64,000 bases of DNA from contig NC_045696.1 of assembly GCF_009834535.1 (NCBI RefSeq), positions 28,398,001-28,462,000 of the forward strand, given 5' to 3'. Positions 26,087 to 37,840 of the stretch are shown piece after piece. Source of the stretch: Camelus ferus. Lineage: Eukaryota. The translations under genes and the position numbers were made by a program. Positions within the stretch are counted from its first letter, which is position 1. Each line of letters opens with the position of its first letter. The notes under the pieces were generated by a model. It saw nothing but the letters and a program-made list of their open reading frames with translations. It had not been told where the DNA came from and did not search any database.

Positions 26087-27400
26087 ATTCTGCTCCTGAG
26101 CCCACCAAACCAATGTCTTTCTCACACTCAAATGCATTCATTCCACCTGGACACCCCCAAAGCCTTAACAAATTCCAGCATCAACTGTAAAGTCGAAGTC
26201 CAAGGTCTCATATAAATCTTATTTAATCAGATATGGGTAAGATTTGATGTACAGTTTATCCTGAGGCAAAATTCTTCTCCAGCTGTGAATCTGTGAATCC
26301 AGACAAGTTATGTGCTTTTAAAATACGACAGACAGGCAGAGGATAGACACCCCCATTCCAAAAGGAAGAAACAGGAAAAAAGGAGGGGGTGACAGGTCTC
26401 AAGCAAGTCTAAAGACTAGCAAGGTCAATTTTATTGGATCCTAAGTTGCAAGAATAATTCTCTCGGGGCTGCTGTTCTGTCCTTCAGGCCAAGTGCAGGG
26501 GCAGAGTCCCCCCATGGTTCTGCAGGGCCACCCACCCCTTCAGCTCAGTGGAGTGTAGCTCCCTCAGTTTTCCATGAGGGCTCTGCCCTCTGAAACCACA
26601 CAAGCAGCCTTCCCCCAGAACTGTGGTGGGACCACCCTTGTGATCCCTGATTTGTCTTAGGAGTTATTCTTCCCTTTTCTTGAAGGATAACAGTTATTAC
26701 CAGCCTTCTTTCATTCATTCATTCGTTCACTCATTCATTGCATTTCATTTTTCTTCTTTCCTTTAGTCCCATCTGGCAATGTTTCTGTTGCTAAAATCTC
26801 ATTTCTATTCCAGGCACCTGCTACTTAGGGGCTGATTGGATTTGTCCATGAGATCCACACCATCTTCCTTATCAAATTTTTGTGCAGCAACTCCCTCAGT
26901 GCTCTCTGCAGGGATGAGCTTTCTCTTTTTCTGCAATATGGATAGGCCGAGATTTTCCAAATCTTTAAGTTCTGGTTCTATTTTGCTTTAACAATTCCTT
27001 CTTCAATTCATGGCTCTTCTTTCACATTTTATTATAAGCAGTTGGGAGAACCCAGGCTATACTTTCAATATTTTGCTTAGAAATCTCCTTAGCTAAATAC
27101 CTACTTTCATGGCTGTCAAGTTCTATCGTCCACAAACCACTAGAACACAATTCAGCCAATTCCTCGGCCACTTTATAACAGGATCCTTTTTCTTCCAGTT
27201 TTAACAATCTGTTCCATCTGAGACCTCCCCAGAATGGCCTTTAATGTCCACATTTCTACCCAGAGTTCCTTCATGGCAATCAGCTTTTTAAAGCACACAC
27301 CTCAAAACTCTCCCAGACCCTGCCCATGACCCAGTTCCAAATCCACTTTCACATTTTTAGGTATTTGTTACAGCAGAACGCCACTTCTCAGATCAACATC
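26087..27400 (-). mobile_element. MaLR internal region (MLT1A-int-like) with a decayed ORF remnant
   Basis: Abuts the LTR; ORF 27022-27207(-) 'KGSCYKVAEELAELCSSGLWTIELDSHESRYLAKEISKQ' resembles the MaLR/THE1 internal ORF; ends at the internal 5' start (revcomp 'gagaagtgg...ctgctgtaacaaatacctaaaaatgtg'). Confidence 0.88.
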
Positions 27401-28172
27401 CGTCTTATTCAGGATTCTCTGGAGAAGCAGAACCAATAGGGTAGAGAGAAAAGAGAGAGAGATGGAGTAGCGGGGAGAGAGAGACAGACAGAGAGAAATC
27501 TAGAGCTAGAAAGAAATTAAAGTGGTGAAGGCAAATTTTATTCAGGACAATTGCAATAGAGGAAAAGAGATCCTAGTATAGAACGGGGCTCCATTCCAAA
27601 TGCAAGAAGGGATAAGCAGGGTTGTATAGCTAAGTAACATGGGGGATCAGTAGAAGGAGACATCAATTGTAGGGCAAATTCTGGCTGAACCGACTGAAAT
27701 AAAGATGCAGATAGAGGTATAGATGTAGGTGTAGACACAGACATAGATATAGGAATTGGCTTACATGATTATGAAGGCAGACAGGTCCCAGGATCTGTAG
27801 CTGGTAAGCTGGAGACCCAGCAGAGTCTCGGTGCCATGCCAGTCCAAATGCTGGCAGGCGTCAGACCCAGAAAGAACTGATGTTTCACTTTGGGCCCAAA
27901 GGCAGGAAAAAAAACTAATTTCCCAGCCCAAGGCAGCCCAGACAGGAAGAGGTCCCTGTTACCTGTCAGAGTGTCAGATATTTTAATTTTATTCAAGCCC
28001 CCCACTCACTGGGTGAAGCCCAATTTCATTAGAGAGGGCAGTCTACTCAGTCTGCAGATCCAGTGCTAATCTCATCCAGAAGGACCCTCGGAGACACACC
28101 CAGAATTATGCTTGACCAAATGTCTGGGCACATGGTGGCTTACTGAAGTTAACACACAATTTAACTATCACT
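27401..28172 (-). mobile_element. MLT2 (ERVL) LTR, MLT2B-like
   Basis: 'ggattctctggagaagcagaaccaatagg', 'ggaattggcttacatgattatgaaggc', 'gctaatctcatccagaa...cacacccagaa', ends aatttaactatcac. Confidence 0.88.
27510..27700 (-). mobile_element. MER31/MER67-like ERV1 LTR fragment nested in MLT2
   Basis: 'ttttattcaggacaattgcaatagaggaaaagaga...tatagctaag...gggggatcagtaga...ttctggctgaaccgac'. Confidence 0.6.
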
Positions 28173-28972
28173 ACAACCAAATGACATTTTTCTGATCATT
28201 TAAAATATATCCTGTGATTCACTCTATTTGGGTTAACTTGCTATATGTGACTATTCCTGCACTAATCACTACATATGCATAGATGGATTTACACACACTG
28301 ATTAGCAAATGTGGGCTGTGCTTCTTCCCTTGAATTAATCACAGTTGTTCAGATGACTCATTTTGCTTCCTGACAAGGTCTTCTGTTTCATGACCAGAAC
28401 TTTTGAGCAGATGGTGGTAAAGCCATTCCAAAATTGATGGTAGGATTTCCTAAAGGAAATTTAGAATCCAAAGCACTTTGTCCAGGAGGAGGAAAGGCAG
28501 GCAAAGAACACAAATTGTTTTCCCAAACTGAAAGCTGATTATCAGAAATTTGTACTTTATAACCATGTATTTTATATATATATACAAATTACATTAAAAT
28601 ATATTTTATTATATAATTATTTAATATAAAATATATATTATATTAACACACAAATTATATTGTCATATGATGCTTGAATATTGTGTTGTACTATACATTG
28701 GCAATAAACAATCTACCTCAGGTCATCTTTGAGTCAAGGTTTCCAGTTACAATAACTCATGGCTTTAGAAATGTTTATCTTACTTGTTACAGCGTTTTTT
28801 TTATCAGGTCATTAGATCTTTCTCTATGTTTAAAAAAGAACAATACAAATAACTGCTTTAATATCTGAATTTGTATATAATAAAATATCACTGTAGGTTA
28901 AGAGTTCTATATCTTTTTTCTCCCTCAACCCTCTTGTCAGACACAGCTTGGTAATGTACTAACTTTTGTGAA

Positions 28973-28996
28973 TGTGTGTGTGTGTGTGTGTGTGTG
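28973..28996. repeat. (TG)n microsatellite
   Basis: ~12 TG units. Confidence 0.95.
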
Positions 28997-29303
28997 AAGG
29001 CAGAGAAACACTTTCAATCACGCCAAATCACTAATCTATTTCAAACATCCCTAAATGTTCTAAGTTCAAAACCAAAGATGTTGGTAAACACACATTTCAC
29101 TGTTTTTATTACTCATTCTTACATACAGGTATTTTTAAAGCTGATTAAACTGATGAGGTTGAATTTTTTTCTATTATATATCATTTCCATATAGATTATC
29201 TGTGTGCATTTATTAGTCAATTTATTTACTGAAATTAGCTGAAATCTTATCTCCCCCAAAGAAGTTTTGATGGATGGAATTGATACTTGCATGATTAACT
29301 TAC

Positions 29304-30233
29304 TGCAGCAAAAGCTGTTGGTGCCCTCTCTCTCTTGGTTCAGGACTCCCCATTACAGTGCTCACCAGAGGACTTCTAGCTGCTAACATCTGCCTCTCTT
29401 TCTTCTGGACCTTTCTTTGGTGGATAGAACCCACTCTGCATAGAATGTGGTCACCTGCCCCCTCCTCTCCAGCTCCAGTAAACTCCTCTCCCCGGCCCCC
29501 AACAGCCCCAACCAATAATTGACAGGAGTTAGTGTCAGCTCCCTCCCTTTGGGGCTGTGGAATGCAACTCTGAAGCTCCAGTTCTCACTGGTTTCCAGAA
29601 TTTGCATTGAGGTTGAGTTCCAGCTATCTATCAGGATACCTTGCTTAACAGCACACATTTAATTGGCTGCCGTTTGAATAGTGTACTGAGAAAATCCTGG
29701 AAACTCAGAATGTGACCTTATTTAGAAACTGTTGAAGATTATAATATTTGCAGACACAATTAGTCAAATATCTTGAGAAAAGTTCACACTGGGTTAGAGT
29801 GGACTTGTAATCCAATGAAAGCATTCTTACAAGAGGCAGAAAAGAAAAAAAAAAAGAAGAAGAAAGGCAGATACAGAGGGAAGAAAGCCCTGTGAAGAAA
29901 ATCGTAGGGACCAATGGATGCCAGGATCCATCAGAGCTTGGAAAAGGCAAAGAAGGATTCAACTCTAGAGCCTGCAGGGTAAGCATGGCCCTGCCAACAC
30001 TGTGATTCTGGGCTTCCAGCCTCCAGAATGGCGAGAGAGTAAATTTCTCTACTTTACTTGAAAGCACCAAGCTTGTGGCAATTTGTCTTAAAAGCCCGAG
30101 GAAACTACCCTCCCCTGGCCCCATTCTTGCTTCACTTCTGTACTCCCCTCTGGAAGTTTCCCGGAATCACGTTTGAATTAAATGACTTGCATTTAATTCA
30201 CTGATTCAGGGTCTGGAAACCTAAATCAAGATG
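29304..30233 (+). mobile_element. LTR16-like ERVL LTR, split by an MLT1 insertion
   Basis: 'ccaataattgacaggagttagtgt', 'aactctgaag', 'ttaattggctgcc', resuming after 30107 with 'aattaaatgacttgca...cagggtctggaaacctaaatcaaga'. Confidence 0.7.
29667..30107 (+). mobile_element. MaLR solo LTR (MLT1C-like) nested in the LTR16-like element
   Basis: 'cagaatgtgaccttattt', 'gcatggccctgccaacactgtgattctgggcttccagcctccagaa', 'ttgtggcaatttgt...ggaaacta'. Confidence 0.88.
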
Positions 30234-30973
30234 CCGAACAAAGTCTTGTGGTAAATGCTGATTTTCTGAATTTCAATCTGCCCTGCTCACATTTCCTGGA
30301 GAAGGGGATGCAGAATGGTGGAGACACATTTTTATACATCAGCACTCACTTCCTGGCATCTCTGCATCCGCGGATGATTTGCAGAGCTGTCATCCATCGG
30401 GCACGGTCGAGAGTTTGTAGACAGCCCTTCCCACACTTTCCCTCACATTTCTGGAAGCCAGAAGGATCACAGAGACAGCAGTTATGCCTCTGTTTTTGGC
30501 TGGAACACAAGCTGTCTGAGCCAGGCTTGCTGCTCTCAAGAGTTTGTTTTAGAATAATAATTATTGTTGACTTGACAAAGATCAGGAGAGAGACCCACAG
30601 AGCACCAACCATGGATGAGCACAAAGGAGAAATCTCTTTTTAGTCTGTACTGTGAAATGCACTCTCCTAAGTAAGAAAAAAAAATTATTTTTTTAATGTT
30701 TTTTCCGTTTTCTAGGTAGTTGTAAAATATGTTGAAGTTTTCAAACACTTGAGGCACAACATTTTAGAAGCAATTCATTTTTTTCCTTTCTAATTGTCTA
30801 TGTACACTAAAGTAAATGCTCATTCACATTTTTTTAGTTTTATTTTATAGCTTATCTTTAACTGTAACCTTTGAAGTATAGCCTTAGGGCCAATTTTAAT
30901 GTTTTATTAGTATATTTTAGTAACATGGTAAGAAGATGTTTATACCAAAAGATGAAGATACATCAGAAATACA

Positions 30974-31118
30974 GAGAATGGTCCAGTAAGTAGAGTGCAT
31001 GCTTAGCATGCATGAGGTCCTGGGTTCAATCCCCAGTACCTCCAATAAAACAGATCATAATAAAATAAATAAATAAAACTGAGTACCTCCTCTCCCCCAC
31101 AAATTTAAAAAAATAAGA
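30974..31118 (+). mobile_element. tRNA-derived SINE (camelid Vic-1-like)
   Basis: 'gtagagtgcatgcttagcatgcatgaggtcctgggttcaatccccagtacctcc' plus A-rich tail; TSD aagatacatcagaaataca (30955-30973) / aagatgcaccagaaatata (31119-31137). Confidence 0.9.
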
Positions 31119-31599
31119 AAGATGCACCAGAAATATAATATCTAATTCAGGGCATAAAAAAAGCTTAAAATATGGGTGAGCAAGTTTAAATGATGGTTGG
31201 GTTTCAGATTCTGGTATCTCATGAAACTTTCATCATCAAATCTCAAGTGTTTTCATTTAGTTCTGAACGCTGCCATCGAACATTAACCACTTCAGACGTT
31301 ACCAACTGGTCTGCATTCAGATCACATTAGCTACTAAAGGGAAAAGTCAGTAAAAATGGTAAACTACCTCACAGATACTACTTCATGAGGCTCTAATTTT
31401 GGATAGAATATACTGGCTTCCTAAGATGAGGAGAACTGATTTCTAAACCTAGTAATTACAGCACTTCATGACTCAGGTCCAGCTTTCTAGAAAAACTCTC
31501 ACATTCTCTTTGTTCCCTTAAAAATCATCAGCTGTCTAAACCACCCCCTGAAGTTTCCCACGGCCTACCTAGAAATGCCTCTTTCATGCTCTCATCCTT

Positions 31600-32565
31600 T
31601 GAATAAGGAATATTGTATTTTTTAATTTGAGACCAACACTTCATCAATTTCAGAAACAAAGCTATGGTTTTATGAAAATTTATGCTTATATATATATATA
31701 TGAGATACCTTTACAAATTTGTCTTATTATCTATGTATTTTATATCTTTAAATGTTTCATAAGGATTTTGTTCACTTTAAGATATTGTTTAATTTATATT
31801 TTTTTCTAGATGTGGTAAATATTATCTTATTTTCTACTAAACAGAAACAGAGTAATGGTGTTTATTTCTTCCATTGATTATATATCTATCTTCCTGAATT
31901 CAGTATTTCTAATGATTTGTGGATTGCATTAGATTTTCTAGGTAAAATTACCAAGCTCTATTTTTCTGTCATATTGTATTAGCTAGATCTTCACATTGAA
32001 TTGTTGTAGCAAATTTGTAGCAAAGCTGGAAGTCTGCAGGTAAACTCCAGAGGGACTTGACTGCATCATGTCTCGGTGTTTGGTATTGATTCTAGCAAGT
32101 TTTTGCATACTGTGAATGTTATCTCTAAATAGTACAAAACTTTATTTTTCCCAATTATAAGTTGAATGGTTCAAAGCTTTTACATTATGTACAATGATTT
32201 ATTTTATAAGTTTTACATAGATACTGTTTATTAGATTGAGAAGATTGCCTTCATTCTTTTCCTAACAACTTTAACAATAAATGGTTGTTGAATGTATCAA
32301 ATGGTTTATGTCAAAATATTTTTTCTGTTGGTTTAATTTTTGCTGTATCTTACAGGGATAAATTTTTCTGATATAAACTATCCATTTATTCCTGGGATAA
32401 ACACTTTTTAATTATGATTTATTATTTTAATATAGCATTGGAAACATTTAGCTAATAGCTTGGTTAGAAATTTGGCCCAGATTCATAGGCAAATTGACCT
32501 GTACTTTTTAATATTTGAACTATCCTTATCAGTTTGGGATTAAGAATATACTAGTCTCAAAAAAA
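31600..32565 (-). mobile_element. Ancient L1 (L1M) ORF2 fragment
   Basis: 'tttattagattgagaagattgccttc', 'attcctgggataaac', 'tatccttatcagttttgggattaagaatatactagtctca'. Confidence 0.75.
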
Positions 32566-32794
32566 CTCAATCAATACTACCACTAATAAGAGAAATAATT
32601 ATGTACATTGGGGGCTTATTACATAGTAGGCATTTTCTATGAATTTCACTTGCATAAATTCTGAAATTCTAGCATAATTCAATGCATCTTAAAATGTAAC
32701 CATCAAATTGCTTTTTCTTTTCTGTTTTCTTTTACCAATTTTATAGGACTTGTCATAATTACTATCATTGTCTTTTAATACAGAGGACACAACA

Positions 32795-32996
32795 TCAGCT
32801 AACATTTACAGAGCACTTGAAATTTTCTAAGTCTTATACATTTATTAATTCATTTAGTCCTCACAACAACACTACAAGGTAAGGACTATTGTTATTCTCA
32901 GTTTATGTGAGGAAACTGATGGATCTGTCCAAGGTCACATAAGTGGAACCAGGATCTGAAGCCAGGCTGCCCTTAATCATTATGATATATTGCCTT
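32795..32996 (-). mobile_element. MIR SINE
   Basis: 'gctaacatttacagagcactt...tcatttagtcctcacaacaac...tgaggaaactga...ccaaggtcaca'. Confidence 0.85.
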
Positions 32997-34412
32997 TCAA
33001 ATGATGATGGTTTCTTACAACTTATTGGCAAGAAAGATTTTCTACTCTTAGAAAATCTGATGAAACCCCATTATGATAATGTTTGCTTGTTCTTTTATAG
33101 AAAGTAAACTTATCACCAGAGAAATTGCATCAATGGTAGTCTCATAAAATATCACTACAATAATCTCTACCTGATTAAAGCACGGTTAGGATTTTGTCAA
33201 AATAGCCAAATTGATTAATAATAGATGCCTTATAAATAGCACATTTTAGGCACTATGTTTTAGGTAAATTGTAGATAGATAAAGCATGAGTCAAAAATCA
33301 ATGCTATAAGGGATGATACAGGTCTAGTTAATGTTATTCATACCTAATACTCAAAGCATTTCTTTAATATTTGTTTATACATTTAAGAGAAATCATTTAA
33401 AATAATGCTCCCAGTTGTTTAGTAGTAGTATTAAGCTATGAGAAATGATTTAGGTGATGATGATAATATTGTTATATTATAAGATATTTTATTATCTCTC
33501 ATGGGCCAACTCATTGCATTTATAGAATTACTTGGTTTTATAATTCATATCATTAGATCTTAAAAAGTATACTTTTCAATAATGAAACAGCATTTAAATC
33601 CCAGGTGCAGTGTTTAGATAAATAAAGGACAAATCTGTTCTTTTGAAAAATATTACTGGGAAAGTCCAATCATGCTGTTTTATTAAACAGCACTGAACAT
33701 GCATAGTGCGGTTATGACAATGAACAATTATTTGAAGTGTTTCTGTCTTATCAATTTTATTAACCATTGTCTCCTGCTGAGTTATAAAATACTTGATGAC
33801 AGGCAGGATGTTTATTGACAATACTTTGAAATTGTGTTTTATTCACTAGATCTCCTCTTACTGGAGGGGTGAGGAAAAGGTAGAAAGAATTAAGCAGGCT
33901 TTGTAGGTAAAATAACATGATAATTTTTTCCCTTACCTGAGAAGGCAATTGGGAAAACAAAAAGAGCAGGAAGACAATTTCTATGCTACTCACATACCTT
34001 TTGGTATTAAATTAAATTAAATTAATGATTAAAATTTATGTTCTGTACAATTTTAATTAAAATACTATTAAGCCTTCTGATATCATATACACAAATTAAC
34101 TCTAAATGCTAATATAAAGGAATAGCAGTCTCTCACATATACAATTCCAAGACTGTGTTATTTTTCCTTTGTATCAAATCACTCTCAATTTACCTAATTA
34201 AATAATTTATATTCTACATGAACATTTGGAATATATTTAGAAAAAGTACAATTGTGTAACCTGAAAAAATTTCCATGCAATCCTTATCTCATGGGCATTT
34301 AACACATGCTTAATGAATAAATAAATGATTTTTTAATATTTATATTTTAAGAATATTTAAAATTATTTATACATGCTTTTTCAGTAACTAAACATTCAAA
34401 TCAATAGGTATA

Positions 34413-36084
34413 TGTGGTAGGCTGAATAATGGTCCCCAAAAATGCTCACATTCTAATCCTTGGAACCTGTGAATGTCACTTTTTATAGCAAAAAGGACTT
34501 TGCATGTATGACTACTTCAAGGGGCTAAAATGGGGATTGCACTGATTTATCCAAGGGAATCTGATGTAATCCCAAAGATTCCTGTAAGATAGGGACAGGA
34601 TCAGGGGAACAGAAATTGACATAATAAAGGAAGCAGAGAGAGATTCAAAGACACTAAGCTGCTGACTTTGAGGATATCGGAAAGGAGCCATGAGGGGAGG
34701 AATGCAAGAAATAGAGTTCTAAAAGCTGAAAAAGGCAAGGAAGCAAAATCTTTTTTTTTTTCCTTAAACATAGTATATTTCAGGTAATGAGGTCTATACA
34801 TCTGGCTTGCATCTTAACCTAAGTATATTAACAAGATCTCTCCTTTTGCTTCTCTTTTTCCTCCTTCTGACTATGTATATATATATGTGTATATATATAT
34901 TTATACATACATTTTTTTAAATTGAAGTATGGTCAATTTACAATGTTGCATTAGTTTCTGGTGTACAGCATAGTGATTGAGTTATACATATATATTTTGC
35001 TGTTCATATTCTTTTCCATTGTAGGTTATTACAAGAAATTGAATAGTTTCTTGAGCTATACAGTAAGACCTTGTTGTTTATCTATTTTATAGGTAGTAGT
35101 TGGTATCTGCAAACCCTGAACTCCCAATTTAGCCCTCCCCACTTCCCCTCCCCACATAACCATAAGTTTGTTTTCTATGTCTGTGAATCTGTTTCTGCTT
35201 TGTAGATTTCTGTTGTATTTTAAGAGTCCACATATAAGTGATATAATGTGGTATTTGTCTTTCTCTTTCTGTCTTACCTCACTTAGTATGATAATCTTTA
35301 GGTACATCCATGTTGCTGCAAATGGCATTATTTCATTCTTTTTTATGGCTGAGTAATATTTTATTATGTATGTATGTATACTACATCTTCTTTATCCACT
35401 CATCTGTCAATGGACATTTAGGTTGTTTCCACATCTTGGCTATTGTATACAGTGCTGCTATGAACATTGGGGTGCATGCTTTTGGATTAGAGTTTCCTCT
35501 GGCTTTACGCCCAGGAGTGGGATTGCTGGATCATATGATAAATCTGTTTTTGTTTAAAGAATCTTCATACTGTTTTCCATAGTGGTTGCACTAAAATACA
35601 TTCCCATCAACAGTGTAGGAGGATTCCCTTTTCTCCACACCCTCTCCAGCATTTATTGTTTGCGGGCTTTTTAAGGATGGTCATTCTGACTGGTGTGAAG
35701 TGATACCTTTTGTAGTTTTGATCTTCATTCCTCTGATAATTAGTGATATTGAGCATCTTTTTAATAGATGCAGAAAAAATATTTGATAAAATTCAACATG
35801 CATTCATGATAAAAAACTCTTACCAAAGTGGGTAAAGAGAGAACATACTTCAACATAATAAAAACTGTTTGTAACAAACCCACAGCCAACGTAACACTCA
35901 AAGGTAGGAATCAAGTACTTTTTGAAAGCCTCTAGAGGGAGCATGACCTGATCAACAACATGGTTTTGTCCCATTAAAACTCATTTCAGAATTCTGACCT
36001 CCAGAACTTAGATAATACATTTTTGTTGTTGTAAGCCACTAAATTTGCAGTAATATGTTACAGCAGCAACAGAAAACTAATATA
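34413..36084 (+). mobile_element. MaLR solo LTR (MLT1D-like), split by an L1 insertion
   Basis: 5' half 34413-34750 (tgtggtaggctgaataatggtcccc...aaaaggcaaggaagc); 3' half ~35906-36084 (agcctctagagggagca...agaaaactaatata); TSD gtata/gcata. Confidence 0.9.
34738..35923 (-). mobile_element. Young L1 insertion with 5' inversion and probable 3' transduction
   Basis: T11 (34751-34761); unique plus (TA)-rich DNA (34762-34911); L1 3'UTR/ORF2 end on - (34912-~35761; ORF 35056-35328 MPFAATWM..LSEVRQKEKDKYH); ORF2 RT piece on + (~35762-35905); degenerate TSD 14/18. Confidence 0.9.
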
Positions 36085-36504
36085 GCATATTATGCAAAAT
36101 AGAAAATACACCCATGATTGCAATTTCTTATAGTAACAGCTAGTCTACATAGCTTGCAAACACATTTTCTACTTTCTCACCTTCCATTGGCCCATCAACT
36201 CTCAACAATCTCACATTGTTCCTTCACCTCAGTCCAGTTTTACCTGCTTCAAAATGGTTTGCCAGTTTCTGTAATAAATGTTTAAAATATAAATAACAAA
36301 TTTACTAAAACACAATCCTGGTTTTGCAAGACTAACATGGAGTTCATAGGAAAAACAAAACAAAGCAAACATATTAAGAACTGGTGCTCTAAAACTCTTC
36401 TATCCAGTGCAGGAGTTACTAGCCAAATGTGTACTGATTGCTTTAAGTATTGTTAGTTTGGATCAAGATGTACTTACTATAAGCACAAAATACACACCTA
36501 ATAT

Positions 36505-37126
36505 TGTTCCTGAACCAAGTTCATTTCCCCCATGCACAGCAAGCTAACTCCTGAGATGCCAAGGTTTGCAGCAGAGCAAAGTTTATTCGCAAGACAGCCA
36601 AGGCAGGGAATGGTGGAACAAGTCTCAAATCCGCCTCCCCAAAAGCACGAGGGACTTGGGATATTTATGAGATAAAGAAATAGGGCTGTATGAGGTATAG
36701 AAAGCCTGGGGAAATGTGGCTGGAGATAAGAAAAATGTGCGGTAATAGTCCCTCTGTGCAGGTGCAGCTAAGCTACAGGCTTCTTCATGGGTCACATGTT
36801 CAGAAAATGTCAGCCTCCACCCGAGGGTGGAGTTTTGGGCCCCCTGATGGCAAAAAGTCACCAATTGGACATTTGCATGTGCCCAATTGGATGGTCAGTG
36901 GTCCCAACCGCTCTTACAGCTGGAGCTTGAACCAGACACAGTTAACTCCAGGTTCCTGGGAAACAACCAGGGCAAACCCCTTATTGTTTAGGCTACTTGA
37001 CGCTTGGAGGACATACAAGTTTTTGTAAAAACAAAGTGAGTTGTATCAGTGAAGATGGGTTACAGTCATTACTTATAAAGTAAGTTATAGTTTAATGGAT
37101 CTAACTGATGGCTACCCTTGTTTTCT
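36505..37126 (-). mobile_element. ERV1-like solo LTR
   Basis: 'tgttcctgaaccaagttc...gtttgcagcagagcaaagtttattcgcaag...aagtctcaaatccgcctcccc'; 4-bp TSD atat (36501-36504 / 37127-37130). Confidence 0.85.
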
Positions 37127-37221
37127 ATATCAAATGCTTAAGCAAGGAAAAAAAGGAAAGCGTCTCAGTAATTTTTATATTGATTACACATTGCAATAAT
37201 AATACTGTGCACATAATGGGC

Positions 37222-37840
37222 TGTAGTGTAAGTGCATGACACTAAGCTTTTGATTGCCAAAGCATCTATTTCAAAGACATCCATCTCAAACAAACAAAGG
37301 GTCAGCTTTAGGACTCAAGTTACTAGCAAAACAACTGGGTAAGGCCCAGGTTCTGCTCCCATCCATGAAAGTCTCCTTTCAGAAAAGCCTGGTGGATCCA
37401 GGTATATGATGCCTGAGTGGCCCTGCCTTTCTCTTCCTGTTTCCTAATTCTCACTCTTATGTTTTAAATTTGCCAATAAAGAATGAAGCCTTGAAACCCT
37501 ATGCACCCCACCATTGACCCCAATAAAGGTAGAGACCAAGGTCCACCTCTGCACCCTCTCTTTCTCCTCTCCCAGCGACCTCACTCTGTGGCCCCATGTG
37601 CTGTGTGTATCCTCCAGGGCCTGTGAGTAATAAACTAGTTTTTTTTTTTTTTTTTTAAGTTCTCTGATGGTAATTGCTGAGATGAGTCTTGTAATGAGAA
37701 TCAGAATCACAGGGGCTGGTCCAGCCACATTGGCACCAGTGGGGAAATGTCTGTGGGGACCGCTGCAAGCAGAGGGGCCCGGGTGAGTGCCCGCAGGCAT
37801 TTCTATCTGATAGCATCAGTATTGACAGATTGACAAAATG
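37222..37840 (+). mobile_element. Solo LTR (MER74/MER54-like, ERVL class)
   Basis: TG start, CCAAT, 'gtggcccc...cctccagggcctgtgagtaataaact' poly(A) signal; 5-bp TSD tgggc (37217-37221 / 37841-37845). Confidence 0.8.

Noticed and set aside
27022..27207. 61-aa ORF as a gene
   Set aside because: Fragment of the decayed MaLR internal ORF.
28560..28660. Extremely AT-rich quasi-palindromic tract (similar tracts at ~34005-34030 and ~43120-43170)
   Set aside because: Low-complexity sequence; self-complementarity is trivial.
29705..30124. Longest ORF in the track (139 aa, -)
   Set aside because: Lies antisense within an MLT1 LTR; repeat-derived chance ORF.
30985..31045. tRNA gene
   Set aside because: tRNA-like boxes are followed by a SINE tail and flanked by TSDs; it is a SINE, as are the copies at 40222 and 52376.
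35056..35582. Cluster of overlapping ORFs (likewise 46905-47595 and 63742-63984)
   Set aside because: L1 ORF2 C-terminal remnants and their antisense frames.
36625..37800. 79-, 112- and 118-aa ORFs
   Set aside because: All lie within solo LTRs.
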